A stretch of 60,369 nt of DNA from an uncultured Candidatus Poseidoniales archaeon (GCA_964577145.1 CAZNXM010000007.1:4224-64592), one strand, 5' to 3'; positions 26,391 through 36,761 are shown, counted from the stretch's first letter. Notes: a model not told the origin generated them from the letters alone. Program-made: numbers and translations.

Positions 26391-28184
26391 ATGATGAGGC
26401 GGTCTGTCATTGCACTTCTGGTCGTAGTCATCATGACTACGTGTTGTGTATCACCGGAGAGCCTGAGGGACCATGATGTCTCTAGGGTTGGTACAAGTGA
26501 ACTCAATTTATCCTTCAGTAATGGCCCAGGTGAAGGAGAGGATGTCACTGGGATTCACACTATTTCTTTCGCAATAACTGGTAACGGAACCACATCGAGT
26601 ATTGAAATTGAAATTTCATCGGATGGCGAAAACTGGTCTACTGTCACCAATATAACTGGGACTCCTTGGCTAACACATTTTGATTCGACTGCATATACAA
26701 ATGGAACTTGGATACTGAGAGCCCGTGCGTGGGATTCCAGTATTTCCGACTCTAGCATTTGGTTCACAAGTGGTAATTTCAATATTGCAAACCAAGTTCC
26801 CGTTATTACTTCATTCGAGTTAACAAATAGTGGCACTGGCTCAGGTACTAGTTCTACAGATAGAGCATGGTACAATGTCGAATCAGATGGCACATTATAC
26901 TTCACTTGGACTGCCAATGATGATGATCTGATATATGCTAGTTTAGCGAATGTCCCCGGCCCCGGAACTCCTTCAGACGATGGACCAGGTACAATTGCAA
27001 ATGGATGGGATTGGTCGTCAGGTTCCTTCTCAGAAGGAACATGGAATCCAAGGTTAACCGTCTGGGATGATTCTGGCCTCTTTGCAACAAAAACCATGTT
27101 CATCGGTATTGATCGCAGCGCTCCTACTCTTTCGACACCAACAATTGGAGATGGAGGTTCTTGGAGTGATTCTACATCTGTTTTGATTAGTGGCTTAACC
27201 GCTGCTGCAGATGATGGAAGCGGTTCAGGAATTTCTCATGTTGAAATCAACTCAGACGGTACTTGGGAATCGGTGATTGGCGATTCTACCACTCTTACTC
27301 TCACAGAAGGATTACACTCCATTTCAATGCGTCCAGTAGACATGGTTGGCAATATTGGAACTGCAATCGATGTTGACATCAATGTTGATGTTACAGACCC
27401 AGAAGGCGCTGGATGGATTGTTGATGAACTAACTACTAGTAGAGTAGGTTCTGCTAATATCTCCTTTACTGCTCTTGATGATGGTTCTGGTATCGACCTT
27501 GACGAATGTCAAATACAATATGGATTCGACCTAAATGGAGTTGGAAACACACCTGACCAAACCGGTACTTGGCTAGACCTCTCTGAAACGGGCCTAGACG
27601 GTTCTATTGGATTGACAAATTGGGCTACAAAATCCAGGCAATATCTCATGCTCAGAGCAGTGGTTACTGATGTTGCAGGAAATACCATTACTACTGTACC
27701 AACCGCTTTCCAAATTTTACCGGGGCTCGACTTGATGTGGAATTCATCTTCTACAACTCTTGACCGTCTAGTCGTACGACCCGGTGATGCAAATGGTCTA
27801 ATTCAAATCACCAGCACTTTAGAATCGAATCAGGCATGGGGTGGGTCATTTACCGTAAGTCTACTCGCAGCTCCTGCAGACCGCTCTGCTGATGTAGATT
27901 GGGTCATAATGGAAACTAGACTCATGCCCAGTGGAACTCTTTCAGATTCTACAGAAGAGATTCTTTGGAATTATACTGTACCAAATACTGGGCAATATGA
28001 TTTGAGGCTCTCAATTGACCCTTCAAACGTAGTTGATGAGAGAGATGAGGGCAATAACGACTTCCACTTAGTCGTGACTGGAGCAGCGATAACCAACTCG
28101 GGAACTGTGCCTTCATTCGCCCCAAGTATTCTTGCAATAATCCTAACTGGATTCCTGATTTCTTGGCTTCAGAGAAAGGAATAA
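26391..28184 (+). CDS. Secreted Ig-like/CARDB surface protein with a PGF-CTERM-like C-terminal anchor
   Basis: Signal peptide, Ser/Thr/Gly-rich beta repeats (D..GSGI, D..GN), CARDB end IDPSNVVDERDEGNN, and C-terminus VPSF + hydrophobic helix + RKE. Start is ATG 26391 or 26394. Confidence 0.8.
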   Translation: MMRRSVIALLVVVIMTTCCVSPESLRDHDVSRVGTSELNLSFSNGPGEGEDVTGIHTISFAITGNGTTSSIEIEISSDGENWSTVTNITGTPWLTHFDSTAYTNGTWILRARAWDSSISDSSIWFTSGNFNIANQVPVITSFELTNSGTGSGTSSTDRAWYNVESDGTLYFTWTANDDDLIYASLANVPGPGTPSDDGPGTIANGWDWSSGSFSEGTWNPRLTVWDDSGLFATKTMFIGIDRSAPTLSTPTIGDGGSWSDSTSVLISGLTAAADDGSGSGISHVEINSDGTWESVIGDSTTLTLTEGLHSISMRPVDMVGNIGTAIDVDINVDVTDPEGAGWIVDELTTSRVGSANISFTALDDGSGIDLDECQIQYGFDLNGVGNTPDQTGTWLDLSETGLDGSIGLTNWATKSRQYLMLRAVVTDVAGNTITTVPTAFQILPGLDLMWNSSSTTLDRLVVRPGDANGLIQITSTLESNQAWGGSFTVSLLAAPADRSADVDWVIMETRLMPSGTLSDSTEEILWNYTVPNTGQYDLRLSIDPSNVVDERDEGNNDFHLVVTGAAITNSGTVPSFAPSILAIILTGFLISWLQRKE

Positions 28185-28928
28185 TCATTCCTCTTCCCAA
28201 TCGACGACTTCGTCCTCGGCCAAATCCATGACTTTCGATACGGCTTCTTCATCTTCTGGGTCTACCTGATGGGCCTTGAGACGGCGGTTGCGGCGTTCTG
28301 CAACTGCTGCAAGACCTGGTACAAGGTCGACAAACTCACTACTTGGAGTGTCATCTACCTTTTCTTCGATATAATCGATAGAACGGGATTCAAGACGGAT
28401 TCTACGTCTTTCCTTCTCAAGGAATTTAATGACAGTTCCATGTTCTGAACCGCTTGCAAGCATCTCAATTGCTTGACGTGCGACTATCAAACCATTCTCC
28501 TCGCCTACAAGAACAACCGTTGAATTGTAAATTGAAATCTCAGTATCGGTATGCTGCTCAACCAATTTGCGAATCTTTCCTTCAGAGCCAATAATTCTTG
28601 CACGAATTCGGCGCTGCTGGTTTGAGCGTTTGCCGACATGGTCTCTTAGATCGACCATCTCAAAGAACCAGTCATCTTGGAGTAATTGAATAGCTCTGCG
28701 TGGGGCCATTCCGCGCCCAACTGCCTTGATAACATCAGGGAGTTTGAATGCCTTTACTGGGTCATAACTTCCCGGTTCACCCCATTCAACATCGACATCA
28801 CCAGTATCTGAATGAATCTGTATTGATTTGCACCCTGCAGCCGTTTGCAAATCGCGACGTGTCTGGCCCTTGGCGCCGATTAGAACCGCTATGCGGTCCT
28901 TCGGAACTCGCGGCAGTGACTGGCGCAT
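28185..28928 (-). CDS. KH-domain rRNA processing protein (Pno1/Dim2/Krr1 family)
   Basis: RIAVLIGAKG, VIKAVGRG, RARIIGSEGKIR and AIEMLASGSEHGTV. Conserved aIF1A-RIO1-KH gene order. Confidence 0.93.
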   Translation of the reverse strand: MRQSLPRVPKDRIAVLIGAKGQTRRDLQTAAGCKSIQIHSDTGDVDVEWGEPGSYDPVKAFKLPDVIKAVGRGMAPRRAIQLLQDDWFFEMVDLRDHVGKRSNQQRRIRARIIGSEGKIRKLVEQHTDTEISIYNSTVVLVGEENGLIVARQAIEMLASGSEHGTVIKFLEKERRRIRLESRSIDYIEEKVDDTPSSEFVDLVPGLAAVAERRNRRLKAHQVDPEDEEAVSKVMDLAEDEVVDWEEE

Positions 28929-28977
28929 GGAGCGAAGCGGGCGGCCAGCCCTTCTTCAACCCCACAGTCGCGGGTTT

Positions 28978-29991
28978 TCATTCCTCTTCGAGCATCTCAA
29001 TGTGAGAGATATCCATCTCCAATACATCGTACATTGTTTCAGCCAATTCAACATCCAACCCATTCTTTTTTCCCCACTCAACAAGACGAGTTACGTCTCG
29101 AACGAGGAACTCTTGGGCTTTAGGGTGAGAGTGGATGACCGCTTGGCCAACATCGATGACTATCGGCTTATCACCATGCCACATGATATTGTATGGAGAA
29201 AAATCCCCATGTACCATTTTTGCTTTTTGCCAAGTAATTGCAAGAAATTCAAGAAGTTCCTCAAATACAGAATGAGGGTCGGGAACTTCAACATCTCGTA
29301 AACGTGGTGAAGGTGCAGAAGGTGTGCCCAAATACTCCATGACCAAGACATTACGATGAACACCAATCGGCTTTGGAACAGCCAAACCCCACTTTGCTAA
29401 TCTTGTGAGATTACGATGCTCCTTCCGAACCCAGATATCCACTAGATCCCTATGCCGTCGTTTCAAACCACCAAACCGTGGGTCGCCTTCGATGTATTGA
29501 ATCAGATTCTTGAATACCGCATTTGAGGTATGGAAGATTTTTACTGCAACAGGTCCGGTCTCACTTGTACCATGGAAAACGTGCGCTTCCTTGCCTCTAG
29601 CAATAGGGAAATCAAGAGTGTCAAAGGCTCCTAATTTCATCAACTTGTAAAGACTCATCAATGTTAGACGGTCAAATACCGAATCGAAAACACGCCTATC
29701 GACCCACTCAAACGGGCCATCTCCCAATACGCCTGCAAGACCACTCTCGATTTCCTTAAACATGCGTTTGTATCGAGATTCCTTCATCCAACTAACTTGA
29801 TCTTGGTTCTTGTCAAGAGAATCTACGAAAGCATCCTTCTCTGTTGCGTGAAAGGCTTCATCCTTGTTGAGTTCACGGCCTTTGCGACGCTTATTTCTGC
29901 GACGGCCATCAGAGAGTTCATCACTCCAGTCATCACGACGCCTAGCCAAAGATTCAACCCCCCTCGAGTCATCATCGGAGGTGCCAGACAT
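28978..29991 (-). CDS. rio1: RIO1 family serine/threonine kinase
   Basis: IARGKEAHVF, VAVKIF, YIEGDPRF, KEHRNL, VHGDFSPYNI and IDVGQAV. Confidence 0.95.
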   Translation of the reverse strand: MSGTSDDDSRGVESLARRRDDWSDELSDGRRRNKRRKGRELNKDEAFHATEKDAFVDSLDKNQDQVSWMKESRYKRMFKEIESGLAGVLGDGPFEWVDRRVFDSVFDRLTLMSLYKLMKLGAFDTLDFPIARGKEAHVFHGTSETGPVAVKIFHTSNAVFKNLIQYIEGDPRFGGLKRRHRDLVDIWVRKEHRNLTRLAKWGLAVPKPIGVHRNVLVMEYLGTPSAPSPRLRDVEVPDPHSVFEELLEFLAITWQKAKMVHGDFSPYNIMWHGDKPIVIDVGQAVIHSHPKAQEFLVRDVTRLVEWGKKNGLDVELAETMYDVLEMDISHIEMLEEE

Positions 29992-30006
29992 TGAAGGTTG
30001 TCAAGT

Positions 30007-30528
30007 TCAACCAAATAGGTCGTTGATTTCTTCGTCGTCCGCATCGTCTCCGGCTTCCTCAACCGCTTCCTCTGCGGTATCTTCTGCAGGTTCGGATTCA
30101 GAGTCATCGCCTGTAGAAAACAGACCTTCTTCATCATCGTAATCATCTGCAGTTGTATTCATACCGAAGATATCAACATCGGTAGGAAGAACTCCCTTAC
30201 GAGAGAGGTAGAATGCTTGGGTTTTGGTATAGCGATGTTTTACATCCGCTTTCGAATCTTGAAAATCCCATGGCCATACGATGATGAGGTCGCCCTCTCG
30301 CACCCACTGGCGTCGGCGCATCTTACCTGGGATTCTCGCCATTCTGGTCTCGCCATCTGCACAGAGTACAGTAACACGACGTCCACCAAGGATCTGCTCT
30401 GCTATTGCAAACATCTCATTGACCTTGGTATTGGGCATCTTCACACGTATCTTGGAAGATTCTCCAGCAGAATCCATCAGACGAGCTAATTCCTCCTCGT
30501 CGACTTTCTCTTCACGCCTGCGGCCCAT
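30007..30528 (-). CDS. eif1a: Translation initiation factor aIF-1A with a long acidic C-terminal tail
   Basis: LGGRRVTVLCADGETRMARIPGKMRRRQWVREGDLIIVWPWDFQDSKADVKHRY. Confidence 0.96.
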   Translation of the reverse strand: MGRRREEKVDEEELARLMDSAGESSKIRVKMPNTKVNEMFAIAEQILGGRRVTVLCADGETRMARIPGKMRRRQWVREGDLIIVWPWDFQDSKADVKHRYTKTQAFYLSRKGVLPTDVDIFGMNTTADDYDDEEGLFSTGDDSESEPAEDTAEEAVEEAGDDADDEEINDLFG

Positions 30529-30572
30529 AATGCGGCCGAGCGGCCCACCCTACTTGAAGGCTAATACTGTAA

Positions 30573-32270
30573 TCAGAGTCCAAAGAGGCCCTCTGCGGCA
30601 CTATAACACATCTCGATGAAGCGGTCTCCTGCAACTCCAAGTAGTATTGTAGCAACAACACAAATCCAAATTGTCATTCTAATAGATATACCATATGGTA
30701 ATGGCTTTCGACGACCTTCCTCTGGGGCATCAAGGAACATTACTACCCCAACTCTGAGGTAATAGAATACCGAAATTGCACTGTTGAGGAACATCAATAA
30801 TCCAAGCCACCAAACCCAATGGAGGGTTTCTAGGCTCTCAATTCCACCACTAGCAGCAAGATCTCCAATTGACATCTTGACAATTCCTCCAATCACTAGG
30901 AATTTCGAAAGGAATCCTGCAAGAGGGGGTACTCCGGCAAGAGCCATCATGAAGATGAACATCGAAGTAGCGATTAGAGGGTCTCTGCGCCCTAGTCCAG
31001 CAAGAGAGGACAAGCGACTTGCGCCGCCTTCCATCTCAAGAAGACCGAGAACGAGGAAGGCACCTAACTTGATTGCAACCAGTACCATTAGATGGAAGAA
31101 AATCGCTGCTAGAATCGCAGTAGCATAATGCTCTGGCATATCGACATGGCCCCAATGCCATGCTCCAACCGCAGTTAGAGCTGCAAGCAGATATCCAGCA
31201 TGAGCAACCGAAGAATACGCAAGCATTCGCTTCGGGTTCTTTGAACCGAGTGCGGCAATATTACCCCAAGTCATTGTTACTGCAGATAGTACTCCAAGCA
31301 AGCAAAGCCAAGTTGCACTCGTCTCGCCAACAGGAGAGGCTACCAATACTAAGACACGGATTAGTCCAACCATTCCCATTGCCTTTGATGCAGTTGCTAG
31401 AACTCCTGCAACCGGGCTATTTGCACCTGCATAAGCATCTGGAGCAGCAAAGTGGAATGGAGCAGCACTGACCTTGAAACCAAATCCAACCAGTACCATT
31501 CCCAAACCGATTACCGGCAGAATTGCATCTCCACTATTTGCCCAGCCAGTAGCAAGACCATCGAGTTGGAGAGTACCAAATGCAAGGTAAAGCAATGAAA
31601 GGCCGTACAAGCCTACACCACTCGCAACCGAACCGACGATGAAATATTTCACACCTGCTTCTGCACCTGCCTTGGACTCCTTATGGAATGCCACTAGAAT
31701 ATAGGTGGAGAAACTAGCCAATTCCAATCCAACAAAGAGAACAAATAGATTCTGCGCCAGAGCAACCATGCTCATTCCTAGAGCTGTGGTCAGCATCAGA
31801 ATGTAGAGATCGGCTTGACGACGGTTATCATACATCTCCTCCAGTGTATTACTAGAGTGTGGCATAGTTGCCGGAACACGGTCCATACTGGCGATTGCCG
31901 CCAACATCAATGCTCCAAAGAAAATCAATTCGAATATTCGACTGAAGCCATCAACCTGTAACAGTTTGATTCCGCCAGAACTCATTATTGCGGTAGTTCC
32001 GCCTTCGCCCATCATCTCTGTCATCAAAGTGATGAGGAAAGCACCAGTGAGAGTCGCTGCACCAATTAATCCCGGTATTGATGGGTCGCCAGTAATAGCA
32101 AATCTTCGTCCACCAAGGAACCAAGGTACCCTAACCTTTGTCAATGGAATCCTGAACTTTGCATGTCCGAGATTCGGAATCACGAATACTGCTACTAAAC
32201 CTAGGAGGAGAATGGTCTCTGGCGCCATTACCTTCCAGAATTCTACAGAGAAAACAGTAACACTATCCAT
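30573..32270 (-). CDS. nuoN: NADH-quinone oxidoreductase-like complex I subunit N
   Basis: FVGLELAS, EAGVKYFIVGS, GFKVSAAPFH..APDAYAGA, KRMLAYSSVAHAGY and LAGVPPLAGF. ATG 32270 directly follows the nuoM stop. Confidence 0.95.
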   Translation of the reverse strand: MDSVTVFSVEFWKVMAPETILLLGLVAVFVIPNLGHAKFRIPLTKVRVPWFLGGRRFAITGDPSIPGLIGAATLTGAFLITLMTEMMGEGGTTAIMSSGGIKLLQVDGFSRIFELIFFGALMLAAIASMDRVPATMPHSSNTLEEMYDNRRQADLYILMLTTALGMSMVALAQNLFVLFVGLELASFSTYILVAFHKESKAGAEAGVKYFIVGSVASGVGLYGLSLLYLAFGTLQLDGLATGWANSGDAILPVIGLGMVLVGFGFKVSAAPFHFAAPDAYAGANSPVAGVLATASKAMGMVGLIRVLVLVASPVGETSATWLCLLGVLSAVTMTWGNIAALGSKNPKRMLAYSSVAHAGYLLAALTAVGAWHWGHVDMPEHYATAILAAIFFHLMVLVAIKLGAFLVLGLLEMEGGASRLSSLAGLGRRDPLIATSMFIFMMALAGVPPLAGFLSKFLVIGGIVKMSIGDLAASGGIESLETLHWVWWLGLLMFLNSAISVFYYLRVGVVMFLDAPEEGRRKPLPYGISIRMTIWICVVATILLGVAGDRFIEMCYSAAEGLFGL

Positions 32271-32271
32271 T

Positions 32272-33999
32272 TCAGATACCCCCTCTGTTGAATACACCCT
32301 CGAAGAATGCCACAGTCCAATCATCCATCATTCCCAAAGCAATGAATGGGAAAACTCCGAAGAGTACAGTGAAGAATGCGAGGATAATCATACCAATATT
32401 TTCGGGTAGAGTGAGATCAGGTGGATTCTCTCCAAGTAGAGAAACAGGAGGTTGTCCCTCATCTCCACCTTCGAAGATTGTGCGTTGCATCGACCACAGG
32501 TAGTATGTTGCCGTGATTGCAAGGGCAAGACCTGGTAGTAAAATCCACCAACCATACATTGCCCAGTACGCTAGCAATACCATCAATTCAGCAACGAATC
32601 CAGCAAGAAGAGGCAAGCCAAGACTTGCCATCCATGCAAACATCATGTAAACTGCAAGGAATGGAGAGAACTTCGCCATTCCACGCATTGCTCCAATCTC
32701 CATCGAATGGTAATGATGCTTGAAGGCACCACAAACTGCGAAGAGCATTGGTGAGATGATTCCGTGTGCAAACATCATGAAGAGAGCAGCAGCATACCCA
32801 ATCGGCTGCATACTTGCTATTCCAAGTAGAATTACTCCCATGTGAGATACTGAGGAATAAGCTACCATTTTCTTGAGGTTGGTCTGTCCTAGACAAACAA
32901 ATGCTCCCCATACAAGAGAGATTAGACCAATCGCCATTATCCAATGTTGATAGTGCATTAGTGCATCTGGGAATAGTGCGACGGGTAGCCTAAGCATTCC
33001 ATATGCGCCCATTTTCAGCATTACACCTGCCAATAACATTGAGCCACCTGTTGGGGCTTGCACGTGCGCATCGGGAAGCCAAGTATGGAATGGTACTGCT
33101 GGTAACTTTACCAAGAAACCAATCATCAACAAAACGAAGAGGACTTTCTGCATTCCCATTCCAAGGAATATTCCATCTCCGAGGTTCCCATGGTTTGCCT
33201 GGTCAAGAATAGTGACAATATCGAATGAACGGCCAGTGAAGTCGCCAACCCATGGGTTGGATGAAGCATCTTGGGCTGGTTGTAAGAAGTACAGAGTAAT
33301 TAGTCCAAGTAGCATGATTACAGAAGATGTGAATGTGTAGATGAAGAACTTCTGAGCCGCATATCGTCGGTCCTTTCCGCCCCAACTCAAGATTAAGAAG
33401 AACATCGGAATTAATGTCAATTCCCAGAAGATATAGAACATGAATAGATCTAGTGAAACAAAGACACCAATCAGTGCACCTCCCATCATCAACAGAAGTG
33501 GATGGTATACCGCACCCTTCTTTTCATCCCAAGTCATGATAATTGTGACAGGGACTAAGAATGTGGTAAGCCAAACCATTGGGAAAGATAAGCCATCCAT
33601 ACCAACATGCCATGAAACACCGATGCTCTCAATCCAAAGATAACGGCTCTCAAGTGCATACTCATTGTACCCAAGCGCCCAATCTACAGCAATTAACCAG
33701 TCAAAGAAAAGCGCAGTACTAATCGCCAAAGGAATTAGGCTAAAACAAAGAGTTGCAAGCCGTATTGGCCCTGCTAGTACCTCTTTTCTTGCACGTGATT
33801 CCTGACTTGCAAATGCCATCAGGATACCACTCACGATGATTGGGAAGCCAATCAGTGGCAAACTTATCCAATCGACATCGCCTTGAGCATTGGAGCCCAA
33901 AGAAGGGAAGAATGCTGCTAATCCTGCTACAGCAACTAATAGTAAACCAACGAGCATGAACTCCTTGTTCCTGATATCGAGTGTGTTATTGGCGCTCAT
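32272..33999 (-). CDS. nuoM: Complex I subunit M
   Basis: FYIFWELTLIPMF, KLPAVPFHTWLPDAHVQAPTGGS, LKMGAYG, AYSSVSHMG and LPLLAGFVAE. Confidence 0.96.
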   Translation of the reverse strand: MSANNTLDIRNKEFMLVGLLLVAVAGLAAFFPSLGSNAQGDVDWISLPLIGFPIIVSGILMAFASQESRARKEVLAGPIRLATLCFSLIPLAISTALFFDWLIAVDWALGYNEYALESRYLWIESIGVSWHVGMDGLSFPMVWLTTFLVPVTIIMTWDEKKGAVYHPLLLMMGGALIGVFVSLDLFMFYIFWELTLIPMFFLILSWGGKDRRYAAQKFFIYTFTSSVIMLLGLITLYFLQPAQDASSNPWVGDFTGRSFDIVTILDQANHGNLGDGIFLGMGMQKVLFVLLMIGFLVKLPAVPFHTWLPDAHVQAPTGGSMLLAGVMLKMGAYGMLRLPVALFPDALMHYQHWIMAIGLISLVWGAFVCLGQTNLKKMVAYSSVSHMGVILLGIASMQPIGYAAALFMMFAHGIISPMLFAVCGAFKHHYHSMEIGAMRGMAKFSPFLAVYMMFAWMASLGLPLLAGFVAELMVLLAYWAMYGWWILLPGLALAITATYYLWSMQRTIFEGGDEGQPPVSLLGENPPDLTLPENIGMIILAFFTVLFGVFPFIALGMMDDWTVAFFEGVFNRGGI

Positions 34000-36180
34000 T
34001 CAAGCCACCCCCCATAGTAGAAGTGCAATTCCAAGAGTTCCAAGTGCTACCATCATGATGTAATCACGAGCTGAACCAGTGGTGATTAGACGGACCTTTT
34101 GACTGGCTGCCTGAGAGGAGGATTCTATCAATTTGATTGTACCATCGATGACGACACGATCTATCATTGCAGTAATATTGGCAAATCCAGCAACTAACTT
34201 GAGCATCGCTGCATCATATACCGCATCAAAGTGCAAGCGTTGATGCAATGACTTTGCAAGACCTGATTCCGCCCATGCTGAATTATCAAAGTGGGAGGTG
34301 CGTCGAACCTTGCTCGACAAATTAATCGCCCACTGTACCCATGGTTTTGCCTTCTCTCCATCATCGAGTCGCCCTCCATAGAGTGCCATTGCAAATGATG
34401 GTCCAAGAATTGCAGAAAGGCCGATTGCCACATATGTTAACATCAACAAGAATGGATTTTCATTAAGGAAAACGTGATGCAATTCTTCACCGATGTACTC
34501 GAAGAATCCCATAAAGTGACCATGGTCATAATCTCCAAGCCAACTAGTTGAATGCATACCGGCGAAGATAAATGCCGAGAGTGACATGAAAGTCAGAACA
34601 ACCAAAGGAATTGGTATCCATGGTGTCTGCTCGTGCACATGTGCAGCAACTTCACTCTTCGGCTTTCCAGCGAATGTCATAAACCACATTCGTGACATGT
34701 AGAAGCCTGTCATTCCTGCTCCACCGAGAACTAGTAGCGCTGGTAGAATGAAAATTGGCTCTTCCATTGCCACTGTCCAGGTATTTGCGATGATTCCTTC
34801 CTTAGACCAAAATCCACCGATGAATGGAATGCCGATAATAGACATACTACCTACGAGCATTGCTGTTGAAGCAATAGGCATCTTCGATGCAAGTCCGCCC
34901 ATGTTTTCCATAGATTGAGCATCGAAGTGATCATCATCGTGACCATCGCCATGATGGGCCACTTCGTGATGTGCGTGATGCATTTCGTGAATGACTGAAC
35001 CCGATGCCATGAAGAGCATGCCCTTTGCCATAGCGTGGTTAAACAAGTGGAAGAGTGCTGCTCCCATAGCAAGAACCGCAGCCTCTGAATAGCCATTATT
35101 CGCTAACCATAGAGCTGCCCCTAATCCTGTGAAAATATATGCTAATTGACTCATAGTCGAATAAGCCAAGACCTTCTTGATATCCATTTGGACGAAGGCG
35201 ATTAGTGCAGCCATTACCGCAGTAATTCCACCAATACAAGCGATGATTATCGCTAGGGTACTCAAGCTTCCAACATCTGCCTCAGCAAAGAATGGGAACA
35301 TACGAGCTACAAGGTATAGTCCTGCATTCACCATTGTCGCTGCGTGAATTAATGCAGAAACCGGTGTAGGGCCTTCCATAGCGTCTGGTAACCAAACGTG
35401 TAGTGGGAATTGAGCGGACTTTCCTACAGCACCGATGAACATCATTCCAAGAGCGAGTTGTAAGGAACCCGAGTCCACTGCTGCAATATTTGCTGGGTTG
35501 AAGACATAGGCGTAGTCGAGGTGGCCATCAAAGAGATTCCATAGCATTACCAAACCGATAACGAGGAATACATCTCCTACCTTGGTGGTTAGGAATGCCT
35601 TTTTCGCGGCATATGCTGCGCTTGGGCGTTCGTAGTAGAATCCAATGAGCAGATAGGAACACAACCCCATTATCTCCCAGAAGATGAACAACCAAAGGAA
35701 TGAATCTGCGAGGACCATCCCGAGCATTCCAGAACAAAATAGAACAAATTCTGCATAGAAGCGATGATTTCTGTTATCATTGATTGGATCGGTATTCATG
35801 TATCCAATCGAGAAGACGTTAATCAGGAAACAGAGGAAGGCTGCTACAAAGAGAAGCATTACTGTTAGATGATCAACATGAATACCAACACCGAATACAT
35901 CGGTTCTAATATCGCCAGTAGATGAATTCCACCACGATGATTCGAACCATGTGAAGATGTTAGAAGCACCTGTGTGATGTAGATGCTCAAAGATCAGCAT
36001 TATCGAAAGAGCAAGTGATGCGCCCATTACTGTTAGAGCAATTAGGCCACCCTCTCTCGCCTTCTTTATCCATCCAGGGGTTCCATTGAAAATTCCTCCA
36101 AGGAAGAGGATGACCGGGAAGGCCAACATCGGCAATAGGGGTATGAGTACAGCATATGTGATGATTCCAGTTCCACTCAT
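34000..36180 (-). CDS. nuoL: Complex I subunit L
   Basis: WEIMGLCSYLLIGF, GKSAQFPLHVWLPDAMEGPTPVSALIHAATMV, KKVLAYSTMSQL and GFWSKE. Confidence 0.97.
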   Translation of the reverse strand: MSGTGIITYAVLIPLLPMLAFPVILFLGGIFNGTPGWIKKAREGGLIALTVMGASLALSIMLIFEHLHHTGASNIFTWFESSWWNSSTGDIRTDVFGVGIHVDHLTVMLLFVAAFLCFLINVFSIGYMNTDPINDNRNHRFYAEFVLFCSGMLGMVLADSFLWLFIFWEIMGLCSYLLIGFYYERPSAAYAAKKAFLTTKVGDVFLVIGLVMLWNLFDGHLDYAYVFNPANIAAVDSGSLQLALGMMFIGAVGKSAQFPLHVWLPDAMEGPTPVSALIHAATMVNAGLYLVARMFPFFAEADVGSLSTLAIIIACIGGITAVMAALIAFVQMDIKKVLAYSTMSQLAYIFTGLGAALWLANNGYSEAAVLAMGAALFHLFNHAMAKGMLFMASGSVIHEMHHAHHEVAHHGDGHDDDHFDAQSMENMGGLASKMPIASTAMLVGSMSIIGIPFIGGFWSKEGIIANTWTVAMEEPIFILPALLVLGGAGMTGFYMSRMWFMTFAGKPKSEVAAHVHEQTPWIPIPLVVLTFMSLSAFIFAGMHSTSWLGDYDHGHFMGFFEYIGEELHHVFLNENPFLLMLTYVAIGLSAILGPSFAMALYGGRLDDGEKAKPWVQWAINLSSKVRRTSHFDNSAWAESGLAKSLHQRLHFDAVYDAAMLKLVAGFANITAMIDRVVIDGTIKLIESSSQAASQKVRLITTGSARDYIMMVALGTLGIALLLWGVA

Positions 36181-36189
36181 GATATCACC

Positions 36190-36492
36190 TCAGTGCTTCA
36201 ACAAGTCTACCTCGTCGAGAGATATGGTCTCGTGTTGACCGTACATGGAGAGGAAAATCGCCAAACCAATGGCGACTTCTCCCGCTGCGATTGCGATTGC
36301 AAAGATGGTGTAAACCCATCCTGTTACATCGCCCCAATGACTGGCTGCGGCGACGAATTGTAGGTTGACTGCGTTTAGCATCAACTCAATACACATCAGA
36401 ACTACGATTGCATTCTTACGACTGAATGCACCCCATAATCCGAGAATGAATAGAATGGCAGCGAGGCCAGAGACCCATGCTGGATCAATCAC
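36190..36492 (-). CDS. nuoK: Complex I subunit K
   Basis: RKNAIVVLMCIELMLNAVN and AIAAGEVAIGLAI. Confidence 0.96.
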   Translation of the reverse strand: MIDPAWVSGLAAILFILGLWGAFSRKNAIVVLMCIELMLNAVNLQFVAAASHWGDVTGWVYTIFAIAIAAGEVAIGLAIFLSMYGQHETISLDEVDLLKH

Positions 36493-36761
36493 TTTTCCTC
36501 ACCTCCAGTGAGTTCCCACTCGAGATTCACCTTACGTTCGTCACGAACAAGGTATGCTGCTCCTACCATAGCCATGGCCATAAGGAATCCAAGTGCAAGT
36601 AGTGGCAATGCCCAATCTCCAAGGATACTGTCGGCGAGTTCTGCATTGGTTGGCATATGGTCAGAAGAGTCTTCCCATACAGAATCTGATGAAACTGCAG
36701 CAATTAGTGCAGCTCCCAAAAAGACTAGTCCGACTCGAGCCAGGATGCTCATCAACCTCAT
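36489..36761 (-). CDS. nuoJ: Complex I subunit J, C-terminal half (split nuoJ)
   Basis: Two TM helices; LADSILGDWALPL..LG.LM.MAMVGA matches the last NuoJ helix. It lies between the N-half of nuoJ and nuoK. Confidence 0.82.
   Translation of the reverse strand: MRLMSILARVGLVFLGAALIAAVSSDSVWEDSSDHMPTNAELADSILGDWALPLLALGFLMAMAMVGAAYLVRDERKVNLEWELTGGEEK

Noticed and set aside
34935-34995. His-rich loop in NuoL (HEMHHAHHEVAHHGDGHDDDH) as a novel metal site
   Set aside because: His-rich low-complexity loops are common in NuoL/ND5 homologs, so this is not distinctive.
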